From positions 31,186,001 to 31,250,000 of the forward strand of contig OZ320313.1 of NCBI GenBank assembly GCA_976226885.1: DNA of 64,000 bases. The letters are read 5' to 3'. The translations under genes were made by a program, and so were the position numbers. Position 1 is the first letter of the stretch; every line of letters begins with the position of its first letter. Positions 39,278 through 51,716 of the stretch are shown here, one piece after another. The DNA comes from Iphione sp. A-MEVVRFRX5. Lineage: Eukaryota. Below the pieces are notes generated by a model that was not told the origin of the DNA, did not search any database, and saw only the letters and a program-made list of their open reading frames with translations.

Positions 39278-40569
39278 CTCTCCCATTCCCTTCTCTGATC
39301 GTTTACACTTCAATCGGGGAGACAACCTTAGCTATGCGTCCTCTGTGACATTGCGTCTTTTCGGCGGGCCGCTCACTTTAGAAGCCTCTCAAATGGGATA
39401 AGCAAACTAAGTTGTTTATCACTTCAGAGTCATTTCTCGGACAGTCTTAAACTCCTGCCCATATCGGCCAGTAAATAAAGCACACTCAGTAAATAAAGTG
39501 ACCTGCCGGAGCTGGACAATTCACATGTATTTCTAAGGAGGTTGGAAGGATGCCGGCTCCGTTTAAGGTTTAAGAGGTGCGGCTTGAGACCCCTAGCCTC
39601 TTTGGCCTTTGCACCTGTTGGCCGAGGGCCAGAAGTGGTCTTTTCTCCCTATTCCTTTGTAGAAAAGCACACACTGGCGATCAAAGCTTACAAGGACCGA
39701 AAGGGAACTAGCTGGGAAGCCTGTGGGCGACCTGTCGTCCCCCGCTGTCCACCTCGAGGCCAGCCTTGGTCCTTATGAAGATAGTTCACATGTCCGCCAT
39801 TCCAACATAGTATTTGCCTCCACCCTTACCCACCCGACTACCTAGTGTTGTGCATATTTCCAGACCCACCACCGAGCCAGCGGGCCATGCTTAACTTTAG
39901 TCTTAGCCAGTGACTACAATATCACAAAGGATTGCAAGAGACCCTTATTCGTGTCCTTTGTGAAGGAACATCTGCACATATAATTTACACTGGCTATACC
40001 AGATTTCGCAGCTGGAACATTTTTTTGATTTAGATTCTTTGGCATGTACGGTAACCAGTCACAAGTGTGTGGAAATCCACAAGATTATAGGTTATCGAAT
40101 ATGTGAATAATAGTAACACCCATTCAGTCGAAGTACATGTACGCTACTTCCTCCCGTTTTCAGTCGCCCTCCAGCAGTCGAAGGTGCCTTGCTCCGCGGG
40201 ACTGGCACCCAGAGCATGTTACAAATGTATACACGCAGTTTACACAGCAAATCAGTCTTGATCTGATAATGTTGACATTTCCAAGGATTAATTGCACGCC
40301 AGTTTTAGAATGCTTTATATTTCACTATACAGGTTTTCGTTTTGTAGATCTGCATTAGTTAGCCAAATACCCCACCCGCCCTCCTTGCTTCCCGGATATC
40401 CGTGCGTTTTTTGTCATAAGGCCAATGGACCAGTTGCCAGTAAATGTATTTAACTGAACGCAGCACATTTGCTCTGTTATTGAACGACGTATTGGACTGT
40501 TTAGACGTGAGATTTGTGTTTCTTATTGATGTGTTTTTGTTCTTTTACGCCCCCGCCTCACCTGTCTAG

Positions 40570-41785
40570 CCGTCGCAGCCGCCGACGATTGAGCGGGAGA
40601 CGAGAGAACTTAAGGAGCCCCGCATCCGGGAACGGCCACAGTCGCTGTCAGCGCTTACAGAACTTGAGATCTCCACCAGCAGCCACCACGCGGCGCTACC
40701 GACACCGGAAGAAAAACTCCGTGAGATTTCGCGCTCGCAGCCCGTCACCTTGGTACCCATCGACGTGACCGGAAACAGCTTTAACCGGATGTGTGACTAC
40801 CGGTCGTCGGTGCGCATCGGAGTCAGCGGGTCGCGGTGTGAGGCAGAGAGGGCGACAGCGACAGTGGATGGCACAGGAAGTCTGGGGAAGACAGCCCGCA
40901 GGAAGCAGCGACGACGGCAAACGCTGTCGGGACTTCCTGGTTTCGTATTCGACGAGATCAGCACGGACTATTTCAAGGTTGGCAGCCTGCGCACGCGGAG
41001 TGTGTCGCGCGAGCGTTGGGAACGACCGCGGTCGATGGCGCTGGACGCCCACGGCGGGTCAGGCCGGCGCGGCAGGTCCCGCGAGAGAAAGCGAGATCGC
41101 GCGGCGGGAGAGCACCGGGATGAGTCGCCGGTGAGCAAGTCTTGCTCGCTGCGTCGCTCCTTCCGGTCGCTGTTCCGTGTTGGACGGTCACGGTCGCAGG
41201 ACCTGTGGGCGGAGGGTCGGCCGCGCTCGCCAGGCCCGCCGATGGTCGACCTGAATGTGCCGCTCCGGCGGTCGCGCTCCCTACCACGTTCACTTAAATC
41301 AGTCATGCGCACTGGCTCTCTGCGGGCCTCGACACTTGGTGCTTCGCGTTCCGCGTCGACCGAGGGCAGACTCGACGGCTGGACTGAAGAGGAGCTTGAG
41401 GAGCGTGACATTCCCTGGGTGAGGGGCAAACCGCCCGCCGCGCCTGCCCGCGCCGTCCGGGCACCGCGGATCCCGCGTTCACGCTCCCAGACAGTGTCAC
41501 GCCGGGTCAGCGGCTATGTCGAATCTTCAGATGATTCTTCTGTGGGTCCTGCCACTAGAATATCGCGGTCACCGCGTCTTCGCTCCTCCCTCTCCCAAGG
41601 CCAGCTCCGCGCACCGATTCCCGTGGCCATGCCGACGACGCCGTCGACGGAGAGCTTGACTTCCCCTCAAGCGGGTGACCGGATGAATATCCCAGCGGGT
41701 GGCGCCGCCTGGGAGCCATTCGCCAGCGTAAAATTACGTCAGCACACCAAGGGCAGCGCGAGCGATGACCGACAGTCATCTTCCG
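40570..41785 (+). CDS. gukh: NHS/GUKh exon B (PSQPPTIER...ALPTPEEKLREISRSQPVTLVPIDVTG...RRKQRRRQTLSGLPG...RSRSLPR...DDRQSSS)
   Basis: Acceptor ...gcccccgcctcacctgtctag (AG 40568-40569), in frame 60 codons upstream of ORF 40750. Donor tccg|gtaagt (41786), phase 1. Matches recalled human NHS LPTPEEKMK..IIPINVTG..RRRKLRRRKTISGIP and RSRSLPR. Confidence 0.92.
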
Positions 41786-44700
41786 GTAAGTGATATTCAG
41801 TGTATGTACATGTATCTACAAACACAACGTTTAGTTTCGTTCATAGTGTAAAGTGTGAAGGTATAGCGTGAAGAGGTGTGTGACCGTGATTTGACTTGTT
41901 GAGTGTCATAACTTTATATTTACGTAATATATGTAATGAATATTCTATATGTACATTCCAATATACACTTCATGTATACGTGAATAAGGAGGGCCGACAA
42001 TTACATCATGGGAGGGACCTGAAGCAAGTCATCATAGTCGTGTACCTTTCAGGCCTGCATTGCATAAAACCAAGTCTGATTAGCTCCACACTAAAAAGGA
42101 TTTGACATATAATGCGAACTGTGGTCAAGCTGAATATGGTTTTAACACACCTGCACATCTTTTCATGTGGCTCGTCAATTATTCATGCGGCGACCGGCCA
42201 GGGCTGTTGGGGGCTTCAGTGAGTTGGCGTTGGGGGCGCTGTGGAGATCAAACCACATTAACCGCACCGATTGAGCCGAGCATGCGCAGTCAGCTGTGAT
42301 GAAAGGCGGTAACATAGTTCCCCCTACCCTGAGGCTGAACTGAAGCCTAAGTGGTAGATATTTGAGGTTTCTGTTGCAAGAATATCCAAATGCTCCCATT
42401 TAATGTACATACATCTATGATTGCTTTCGTAATTTTTATTTCTTTCTCTCTTGCTGTGATTATAGAGAGCTCTCCAGAGGCTTTCCCTGATATTACCTGT
42501 AGTTTATATGTCTATCATAGCAAACGTGGATCCAAACTGTAGAATGTGCTGGGAGACATCATCATTAGGGAAGTCACTCTTTGGTTTTGTGATCGCATAT
42601 TCTTTTATTATTAGCATCACGTAGGCTTATTGACCGTTTATCTATGCATATTTTAATGCATGTTTGGCTCCCATCTTACTGGATTTCCACGGGATTACCG
42701 GTAGTCCATCGACAGCGTCTGTGATTTTCTGTAGAGGATTTTAAGCCGTACAAATAGATTCCTCTCCCCTCTAGCTGTAAACCGATCGTTACTTGTCGGG
42801 TTATAGGAGGCCTTGCTCTGATAGACTGGTAATTGAGCCCCAAATTCAAGCCACGTGACTGCCTACTATTACTGGTGCTCATTAAAACGTAAGACCGATT
42901 ATTATCGGGGATTGTCGGGAAGCAGTGGGGGCCTGCAAGCGGCAGCAATATTTGCGGTTCTGTCACTCACCGCGTTGTTCCCAATTCTTTTTTTTTTCAT
43001 GATTTTAAACATTTGGTGCCGTACCTGCCTTTCCCAGAATTTCCTGGGTGACTCGTTGGCCTTTCATTACGCTACAGTCACTTACATCTCCCAGACCCCT
43101 GTCTTAGGATAGGTAGGCATCGTTGTGTGTACATATTTTAACATGTACACAATTGTTTTTTTCGAAGAGCAATACTTTGCAGAGATGATACTATCTTTAT
43201 GTCAGTCTACCTCAGTTGACACACTAATCTGTTGTAGTTTCATTCAGAAAGGTCGCGATTTAATTACTGACATTTACCTGACAAGTGGCATTATAGAGCG
43301 TTCATACTCTGATTTTCTTGAAACCCAATGATAAAATCACAGTCCACATGGGTTTCTATACTAAGCCAGGTTATATTTGAATCATATTAATCACTGGACA
43401 TATCACTTTTCGTAGTGTAACTGACGACTGACAATTACTTAATTGAAGGGATTATTGCTCAAGGTCTTGAACCCAAGTGTATGTTGAATAGGAAAGTCAC
43501 CTTCACGGCCTTGCTCTCATTGTGCGTGGTTATGCTAGCTGCTGACTCCCTGGAAGAGGACCCATCGAGGCAATATCCGTCTCTTCCAGCAGGATATCAC
43601 CCCACCATGAACCACCCGTGGGGGTGAGGTGTTGAGGTTTCCACCGTCTTTATATACTCCCAGCATCACTGCACTGTAAAGAGGCCCCCCCCTGGGTGGC
43701 CGTCGTAGTCACCTCCGTATGCTAACATCCATGCTTGATCTCTCTGTCAAGCTTTGCTCGAGCGGGAGCCTGGCGTGTGCTGCAGGCCTTTGTTGGTGGG
43801 TGGGCCGTGCAAGTGGCATGCATGCGTATTAGGTGAGAAGATGGAGCCACAACCGAGACCGCCAGCACGACCGCGTCATGCAATCAGAACGTTATCAACA
43901 TAACACGGCAGGCACAGAAGCGACGCTGGCTTTGATTGGTCTTGTGGCTTGGAGAACTGATGGTGTAAAGAGCGCGTCGGACAAGGATTCTCCTCATTTT
44001 ATTCATATGGACATAAAAAGATGTTGGCGGAAAAAGCTTGGCCCGGTCTGTCAGTCGGCAGCCTTAAAAATGTTTGTATTCAGCCATCCGCGTGTCTGTC
44101 GGACACGTTCTCAGCAGTTCCTTCACTTCTCCGATGTCTACCCGACGCTTAAAGAATTTTTCATTGCGAAGTTGATCTTCAGTATAAGATATTTTGTTTT
44201 GGACTGGCCTGTCTGAGGTAGTGAAATTTAGGAAGAAAGAGAGGGACACAGATAGACAGCATGAGGAAGAGCGAGATAGAAAAAAAATACTTAGCTTAGC
44301 AGAGAGCGACAGACAAGCAGTCAAAGAAACGAAGCCCCTCACTGTACATCCAGTTTACAAAGGGCCTTCCCTGTCGTAAGAAAGACCTTTGATTCCACTA
44401 ACATCGGGAGGCACGCAAGAGGAGTCTTCCCGCAATATTCGGGCGTCTTCTTCGTCGTGATATTCGCATTTCTTGCCTGAGATACATATTATTGCCATGA
44501 TAACACGAGAGACCTGGTTGTTTTGCAGTATCAAAAGAGTATTTCTTGCGATTCCCTGAAAAAGGCAGTGTAGGCCAGTAGTCAGTGAATAAGGCTATGT
44601 CAGTGTCATGCATCACGATATTACAAGCAATCTGCAATTGCTATACTTTCATCGCAAATACCAGCACGTCTCGCAGTGCTGGAGGCGACCAAATTCCATC

Positions 44701-46401
44701 TGTAAAATATCTTTTTTCTCCCATTTGCCTCATTTAAATGCCCACTTTTACTCTAGACTATGATAAATGGTGGGACCTCTGAACTGCCTCAAACTGAGTC
44801 GCAGTATTTGCGCTTGTCGAAGTGAAAGTAGCGAATCAAGTGGTTACAGCTTGGAGAGAATCACCATGTACGGTGTGACATGGTTTTCTACAAGCTTGGG
44901 TCGGTGGCTCCCTCTGGGAGCAGTCATCCGACGAGCCTGTAGTTTGGCTCCTTACCAAGCACGTTGGTGCTTGGCAGTGGTTGTTGGCATGTTGCTCCAG
45001 GAGCACAAAAGCCTGTCTACTACAGGTACCTTTCAAAGTGCATAAAAACGGCCTCGACAACATTAAGTTATTGTTGCAGGTGTTTATACGTTATGACAAA
45101 TGAAATGATTAGTTGAACTTCTCTGCACTCTCCAACTCCCGATGTGGTAGCGTGCATAATTTAATAAAGCTTGAATGGAAGTTGGATGAAACTATCCAGG
45201 ATTCCCTTGGGGAAGTAAAGACTCGCCCGCAGTCTGTGAACGTGTACCAGTCTGGTGTCTCCGCACCTTCAGTTACCAATCTTCCGCCCCCATCCACACC
45301 GTCCTCTCTTGGCATCCTACCTGAGATCCAGAGGATATTTTTAGTGCCGCCTCCATAAGGCTGAGCGAGTGCAGCTTCATGTTCCAGACAAAAGTACCGC
45401 AAAAATGTTCTATGACTGCTACATCGGTACCGTTCGTTTGGACCCCCTTGTTGCCATCGACCCCGGTATAAAACGTAGCTCGATATGTCGGCCTTATAGA
45501 AATATTGAAAGAAAATAATTTCACGTCTGTCACAGTTGATTTAAATTGCATTCATTTATTTAAGCTATACATTGTATTTCCTGTGGTATGCTGATGATAT
45601 ATTATTCAAATAAATTCAGGTAAATGCGTAGAAGGATTAGAAGACATTATTGAGAGTTAATATCAGCCAAAGTCAAACCTCCAGACCAAGTAAAGTGAGT
45701 AAAAGGATCGTCAAGTATATACTTGATATCGTTAGGTGGTCGAGTAGCTTTAGTAAGGCGTCCGCTACTATATAAGGCCCCCTTTTGTGGATCGCCCCAA
45801 GTCATGTCATTGATTCATTAGGCAGCACATTGCCAGAATCTTGTTAGAACAATGCGGCTTGGTGCTGCACACTACTGCTCTATCCAGACTTCGCTGCTTC
45901 TTATAATGGCGGGTGAGAGGAGAGCGGCCGGCGGAGCGCTACACGCTAGATAACTTAATTTGCCCATTGACCATGTTTTATCTCACCTTGATTAATCTGT
46001 GTAATAGCATTAGCCCTGTGCGTGGATCTTCCCTGCTAGCAAGAAGCAATTAGTCTTGAACCAGTTCTTGCGTTCTCCCCCCCGGCTTCTACTTTTTGCT
46101 CGTCTTGTCATTTGCCTTTGCAATCAAAAGCCACGCATATTCATCCTCGTGCAACACATTCAGGTCACTCATTTCATAGCTGCAGTAGCGGAAGAAACTT
46201 TTTCCCGATATGATTACATGTACATACATGCACCAGCACAGATTTGTCTCATTATCCTGATTAATTATGTATTTACTCAAAATTTTATCATTATTTTGAG
46301 TTGAGCAACCCCCCCCCCCCGTCAGAGTTCAGCAGTGTCATCATTGGCGCTGATATATAAGTAATTGTTAATAATAGGTGAAAATACGGACTGTGTTCCA
46401 G

Positions 46402-46549
46402 GTAACTGGAGTGCCAGCAGCAGCAGCGCCCGCCAGTCGCTTGAGTCGGAGTATAATCGGCTGGTGAGCTCGCCGGAGAAGCGCTCCCTTACGTCGCTGG
46501 ACAAGGACTCTGCCCTCTCCCTCAACATTCACTCCTCCTCCGAGGATAG
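46402..46549 (+). CDS. gukh: NHS/GUKh exon C (G-NWSASSSSARQSLESEYNRLVSSPEKRSLTSLDKDSALSLNIHSSSED-R)
   Basis: ttccag|gtaactgg acceptor (phase 1) and gatag|gtgggt donor (phase 2). The B/C junction rebuilds DDRQSSSGNWS, matching recalled NHS DDHQSSSGNWSGSSS. Confidence 0.88.
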
Positions 46550-47552
46550 GTGGGTACCAGAGGAACACGATAAACTTAAATATAATATAGTCTTTAATCA
46601 TAGTAATTCTTCAGTTATTAAATCAACACATTTTCTTCTTTGCTTTAGAAATTCAGTGTAGGATACAGATTTATTTATACATTTATTTAATATGCCACAA
46701 TAACCGGTTTTACCTATTTAATTTGCATCGTAATAAAGTTGCGGTATTGAAATTAGGTGTCCTAACTGTGAACGTCCGTGTTAGACGTCAGATGGGAGTG
46801 TGTATTTACAAGATATTACGAATCATTTATCCAAGAGTGTTCCAAGGAAGACACATTTCTAAAAAACGATGCCTACAGTAGACCTCTTCATTTCTCATGC
46901 TTGTACAGAACCATTAGTAAAAAGCTTCCAAGTTCATTTGGTGGCAGATTGCTAGCGTTTATTTCCATTTGTGTGTGCCTCCCATTATTTTTGTCTCATC
47001 GGTTGGCTACACCATTCCTCGTAGTCTCTAAACGCTTCTGTCTAACAAAGCAAGAAGTACACACTCCTCTTTGCCATGCTTGCCTGAACTTGCGGTCGGT
47101 AATTTGCGCCTTAATATCCACTGTGCAAATGTAAAGATTGAAAAAGATCGAAAGAGATCATTAAAGGTATTTGACCATGAAAAGTGCACTCACTAGCTGT
47201 CGGCGCTCTCTGTATGGCATACCCATACAGTGGAAATACACCTGCATCCACTGAGAAACCTTATATTTCTGAAAAAGTAAAAAAAAGAAGACATACCTTT
47301 GGCTGAACCACGCCCGTATCGCTTAACAGGGTGATCCACAGCCAACCAAAACATTGTAATATCGTCACCTTTCGGAAGGAAAACACCATCCTTCCTTGTG
47401 GAGCCCGTATGCCAGGCTGTACTATCCGGGCGTCAGCACCAAGCAAGACGTATGATAAGGGACTCTCTCCGATTTCATCTCACGTCCTACCTTGTCAGTA
47501 GCCTACATGTTCCTTTCTGCAGCGTGTCTGTGTGTCTCTGTCTGTCTGTCCT

Positions 47553-47709
47553 NNNNNNNNNNNNNNNNNNNNNNNNNNNNNNNNNNNNNNNNNNNNNNNN
47601 NNNNNNNNNNNNNNNNNNNNNNNNNNNNNNNNNNNNNNNNNNNNNNNNNNNNNNNNNNNNNNNNNNNNNNNNNNNNNNNNNNNNNNNNNNNNNNNNNNNN
47701 NNNNNNNNN
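47553..47709. other. N-run, 157 nt, next to a CTGT repeat
   Basis: Direct reading. Confidence 0.99.
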
Positions 47710-48016
47710 CATTGCAGCTCCTTTCTGTGTGAACAAGCCCATTTATCTGTCAGTGGGAGATAACCCCTTGAATGCGAACAGGTGTTAATGTCTAATTGTT
47801 TGTTGACATTTATACAACGCGAGTGCCAATATATCTGTGGACTTGAAAGTAAGAGGTGCATGAGATATTGGAGAAGCATATAGATGTAGTTTACATAAGA
47901 TAATGATGTGCGGCAAGTGCTCAGAAATAACGTTTGAACAGCATTCGAAAGATAATGGTCTACTTCAGATTTCTTACCAGATGCTAGCCAACACTCATTG
48001 ACGAGAGAGTCCAATA

Positions 48017-48195
48017 CAGTGGCAACTCATCTTGTGGGCAATTTGACTGGGAGGGCAACTCAGGTCTAAGGGCAAATTTGGTTGGTCCCCATGGTATATT
48101 TCCCATAGCATATTCCACTCTAGTAGGAGGGCAACTCACAGTTAAGGGCAAATTTGCCTGCTGCCATGGGTGGTTTTAATTCTGAGTTGCTACTG
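48017..48195. mobile_element. MITE, Tc1/mariner (pogo)-like, 179 bp
   Basis: TA|CAGTGGCAACTCA ... TGAGTTGCTACTG|TA: 13-bp TIR at 12/13 and a TA TSD. Internal duplication of gagggcaactca..taagggcaaattt. Confidence 0.8.
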
Positions 48196-51100
48196 TATTA
48201 TCGTACAGGTCCCTCAACCTCAGCCTCGACTCCATGTGTCACCCTTGGCGGGTATGCCGACACGTTCAGGTCTTAAAACGACCACCTTAGAGGGACGTAC
48301 TGTTTGCCATAGCTCAGCGGCACGGAGTAGGAGCAACACGAAATAATCAATTTGACCCCATAAATTTTTCCCGAAATTGCTTTTTGAGTGGGATTTATTA
48401 GACTTCAAATAAGAGTGGGAAGGTGGGAATCGATCAGTCTTCTCGGTGCCGATAGGTGTCGGGTCTCTCAGTGCCGCCCCCTATCGATAAGCTGGGCTCG
48501 GATGGTTACGCTCCTTTTTTTAGGGGGGGGGGTAAGAACGAGGGTTGCAGGCCCGGGGTTGCAGGCTGGTTTTTTAATCAGTGAATGTAGCCCACGTTGT
48601 AGAATCAGACGACTTTTTGCCACCAGCGAGCTGGGGATGGGCTCGGGGAAGTGTAGTCCAAACACGGAAGACATTTTCTCACGCATCTTAAACCAATTCA
48701 AGAACGTATTTATCAAATGATTTGAACGGCAACCTCACCTCCCCAGTCACCCGTTTATGTTCTCCACCTCCTTCCCAACCTTACTCCTTAGAGCCTACGT
48801 TCCTGGTGGAGCTGCCTGTCCAGCCGTTCGTTTGTCTATTCAACCATTTATCAGTATAGTCATCTTGTGTTTCATCCATTTAAGCATCTAACAATTCGTC
48901 TTTATCTATCTTGCCCCGCATCCTTTCGTCCCTATTGGCTTCCTTGCTGCCATGTTTCCATGTTCGGTCAATAATGGATGATTAATAGGTGTCCTGAGTC
49001 TCCTCCATTTGAGCAGCCCGTATAAAGCAGGGTTTTTTTGTGGGCAAAATATTTTTGTAAAAAGAAGATAGCTGAGATGGAATGGAGGCAGTTGCAGCTG
49101 TGACTAGAAGGGTAGTGGGTGAGAATTCCATCACCGAGTGGCCGTGGAGGGGTCTCCAGGGTAACTCCACCCTCCCACGCACCGGCTACCGACGTGGAAC
49201 CACGTCGTTGGGCCGGTGTGCTCCTGGTGATAGATGGGGCGTGCCACAAAGGAACATGTTTAACGCACGCACCGACGCGGCCGGTAGGCCCATCGAATGG
49301 CAGGATGTAGGCACTAGCAGTCTGCATCGGCTGAAGGTGTGTGAGTGTTGGAGGGAGACAAAATAAGGAAAGTCCCCTGCCCCCTCCGAGTCGACTTGAT
49401 AAACACCGTTGTTCACATTGAAAATGTCTGGTCTGTCTTCTCCCTCCCCCACCCCCCCCCCTTCACAAGGTATTTTCATATTGACAAAGCAAGTCGTAAG
49501 GTTTTAAAAGTAGTTCTCTTCACATCGCATCGTGGGTAAATGTGTATTACCAAAGGAGTATAGTTGTTCAGTCCCCATCGGTACCAGAAATAATACATTT
49601 GAAGAAACAAGTATAAATGTGTTAAGGAAGAAGGTAACGGTACTACATCTGTAACTGAGAAGTTGCATATGTTTGACCGGATGAGTTCTGCATTCGAAGT
49701 CGTCGTAAAAGAAGCACGACAGTTATGCCCTTGGTTTATTCGCTCTTAGGACGTCAGGCAGAGAGAGTATTGTCTGCCTGTCGAACATGTGTGGTGACCA
49801 ACAATTTGTGTCTTCCTCAGATATTTCAGTTACTATGAGGGTTACTATGATTTGTCAGACCTCTATATGTAAGTATATCTTGGCACCGAAAGTGTTTGCG
49901 TGCTACTTCCTCTCGCCATTTGCTTTGATGATGTGTGGCATTGAATTCTTCAAGAGTTTTAACCGATGATACGTGCAGTTCAAATGTTTTCAAATACCAA
50001 ATGTTTATCCGCAGCATGTTGAATGATATCTGCCTCAGCGCTTACAGTGGGTTCCCTTTAACTTGCTGTTCATATCTCTCTTCCTCTCAACTGACCTTAG
50101 GAAAGTATACATGTGCGTGTATTGATACATGTCCTCGTTAGATTCAATTACATGCATAATAATTTCAATCGATTTACCTAACCTCAGTGCGTAGCCCACA
50201 TTTGCTTGGAAAAGAATTGGAACATGCCGTATGGAGTAGCTAACGGAACAAATAGTCAATATTCATTCCATATTCCCCAAATGTACAGTGGTTTTGCGTT
50301 GGTTTTTGTTCAGACAAAAACCACAGCGCAATCTACTCTATGTTGGCTGGTTTGAACTTCATCTCTAAAGGTAACACATTCATGTTCATTGTTCGATTCT
50401 TAACCATTTGCACGCTCTTTCTCTGATATTATCAACGTTATCAATAAATTGAGTAAACCAACGTCGTCTGAAAGTGTGTCCAATGGTCGCCGTCATAACA
50501 CATCGTGGCTATTGTAGTGAGTGCCTCAACATTTACAAATTGCATGCAAACCAAGATTTTTATTTCTATTAAATGTCATCACATCGACATGTACGCACAC
50601 ACAGACTTGAACTATCTCTGAGAGGCTTGAACATGGACAGATTTCAGTGGTCTCTGTGTACTAGTGCTAGTAATAGATATCCTAGCTACAGATGCTTGGT
50701 GAATTATAAAAAGGTTGTCTGCAGCACGGAAACATACCAGGGTTTTAGTAGGGCCAGCAGTTGAAGACAACTGACCTATGTCCAAGCCTCCCAGAGAATG
50801 ATCAGTAATTAACATGTGTACATTGTATAAATGTGGTACTCTTGGTGCAACTAGACATCAAGGGTGTCATATCGAGGGGTTAAAGTTTGTTTTAAGATGA
50901 TTTAATCGAGATTTCCGTCTTGGCGGAGGTATTTTTGAACCGAAAAACTTCTAAATAATTTTTGACAAAAAATATCTGAAACGCTTGTTATCCTGTCAGA
51001 CGTTTGGCAAGCATGAACGATGTAGTCGTGTCTTTATCCCGAGGCCTCTGACCGTCAGTCCAGTGACCCTGTTCGTGGGGATTTATTCAAATGTTAGTCT

Positions 51101-51716
51101 CAGTGGTACACATTATGATGCATGCATTTTTTTATCAACTACTGACAGGAGAGACAAGTAAGGGTTTCTCCTGGAAGCAGTGGTCGTTTGCAAAGGCCTT
51201 GATTGACAAATTTCACAATAAGAACCATTCACAATATACATGGCTTACAAAGCGTAGAATGTGTTACGAACATGTACTCCAGGTAAAGAGATTTACATTT
51301 GATTTAGACAGTTCTTTATTAAATAAGCTCTACACCTGCAAATACAATGCGCAGAAGGCTCTGGCATGTTTATTAACATGCATGTTTATTAAAATAAGAC
51401 AGACGAGATACAGCCATGAAAACTAAGCTTCAGGCATAACGTAATAAAATTGTTTAGATTAAATTATATGTTATTCAAAATTGTTAAAATATATTAACGT
51501 TGCTCCTGCCTAACAATACATCTAGGTTTACTTTGATCGTATTTGTACGTATATTCACATTAACGCACTTACGCGTTTTTTGCTGTAAGCACAGGTACAA
51601 AAAGATGGGCAGGCAAAATATATACATCTTTGATTTGTATCCCTCCCTTAATGATCTGAACGCATGGGATGCATTCGCTACAAATCATGGCAAACTTCTG
51701 TGTCTTCCTGATATAG

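Noticed and set aside
43038-43112. 75-nt exon-like unit in intron B-C (cccag|...tag|gtaggc)
   Set aside because: It has an in-frame TGA after three codons in the required phase. A poison exon cannot be excluded but has no support.
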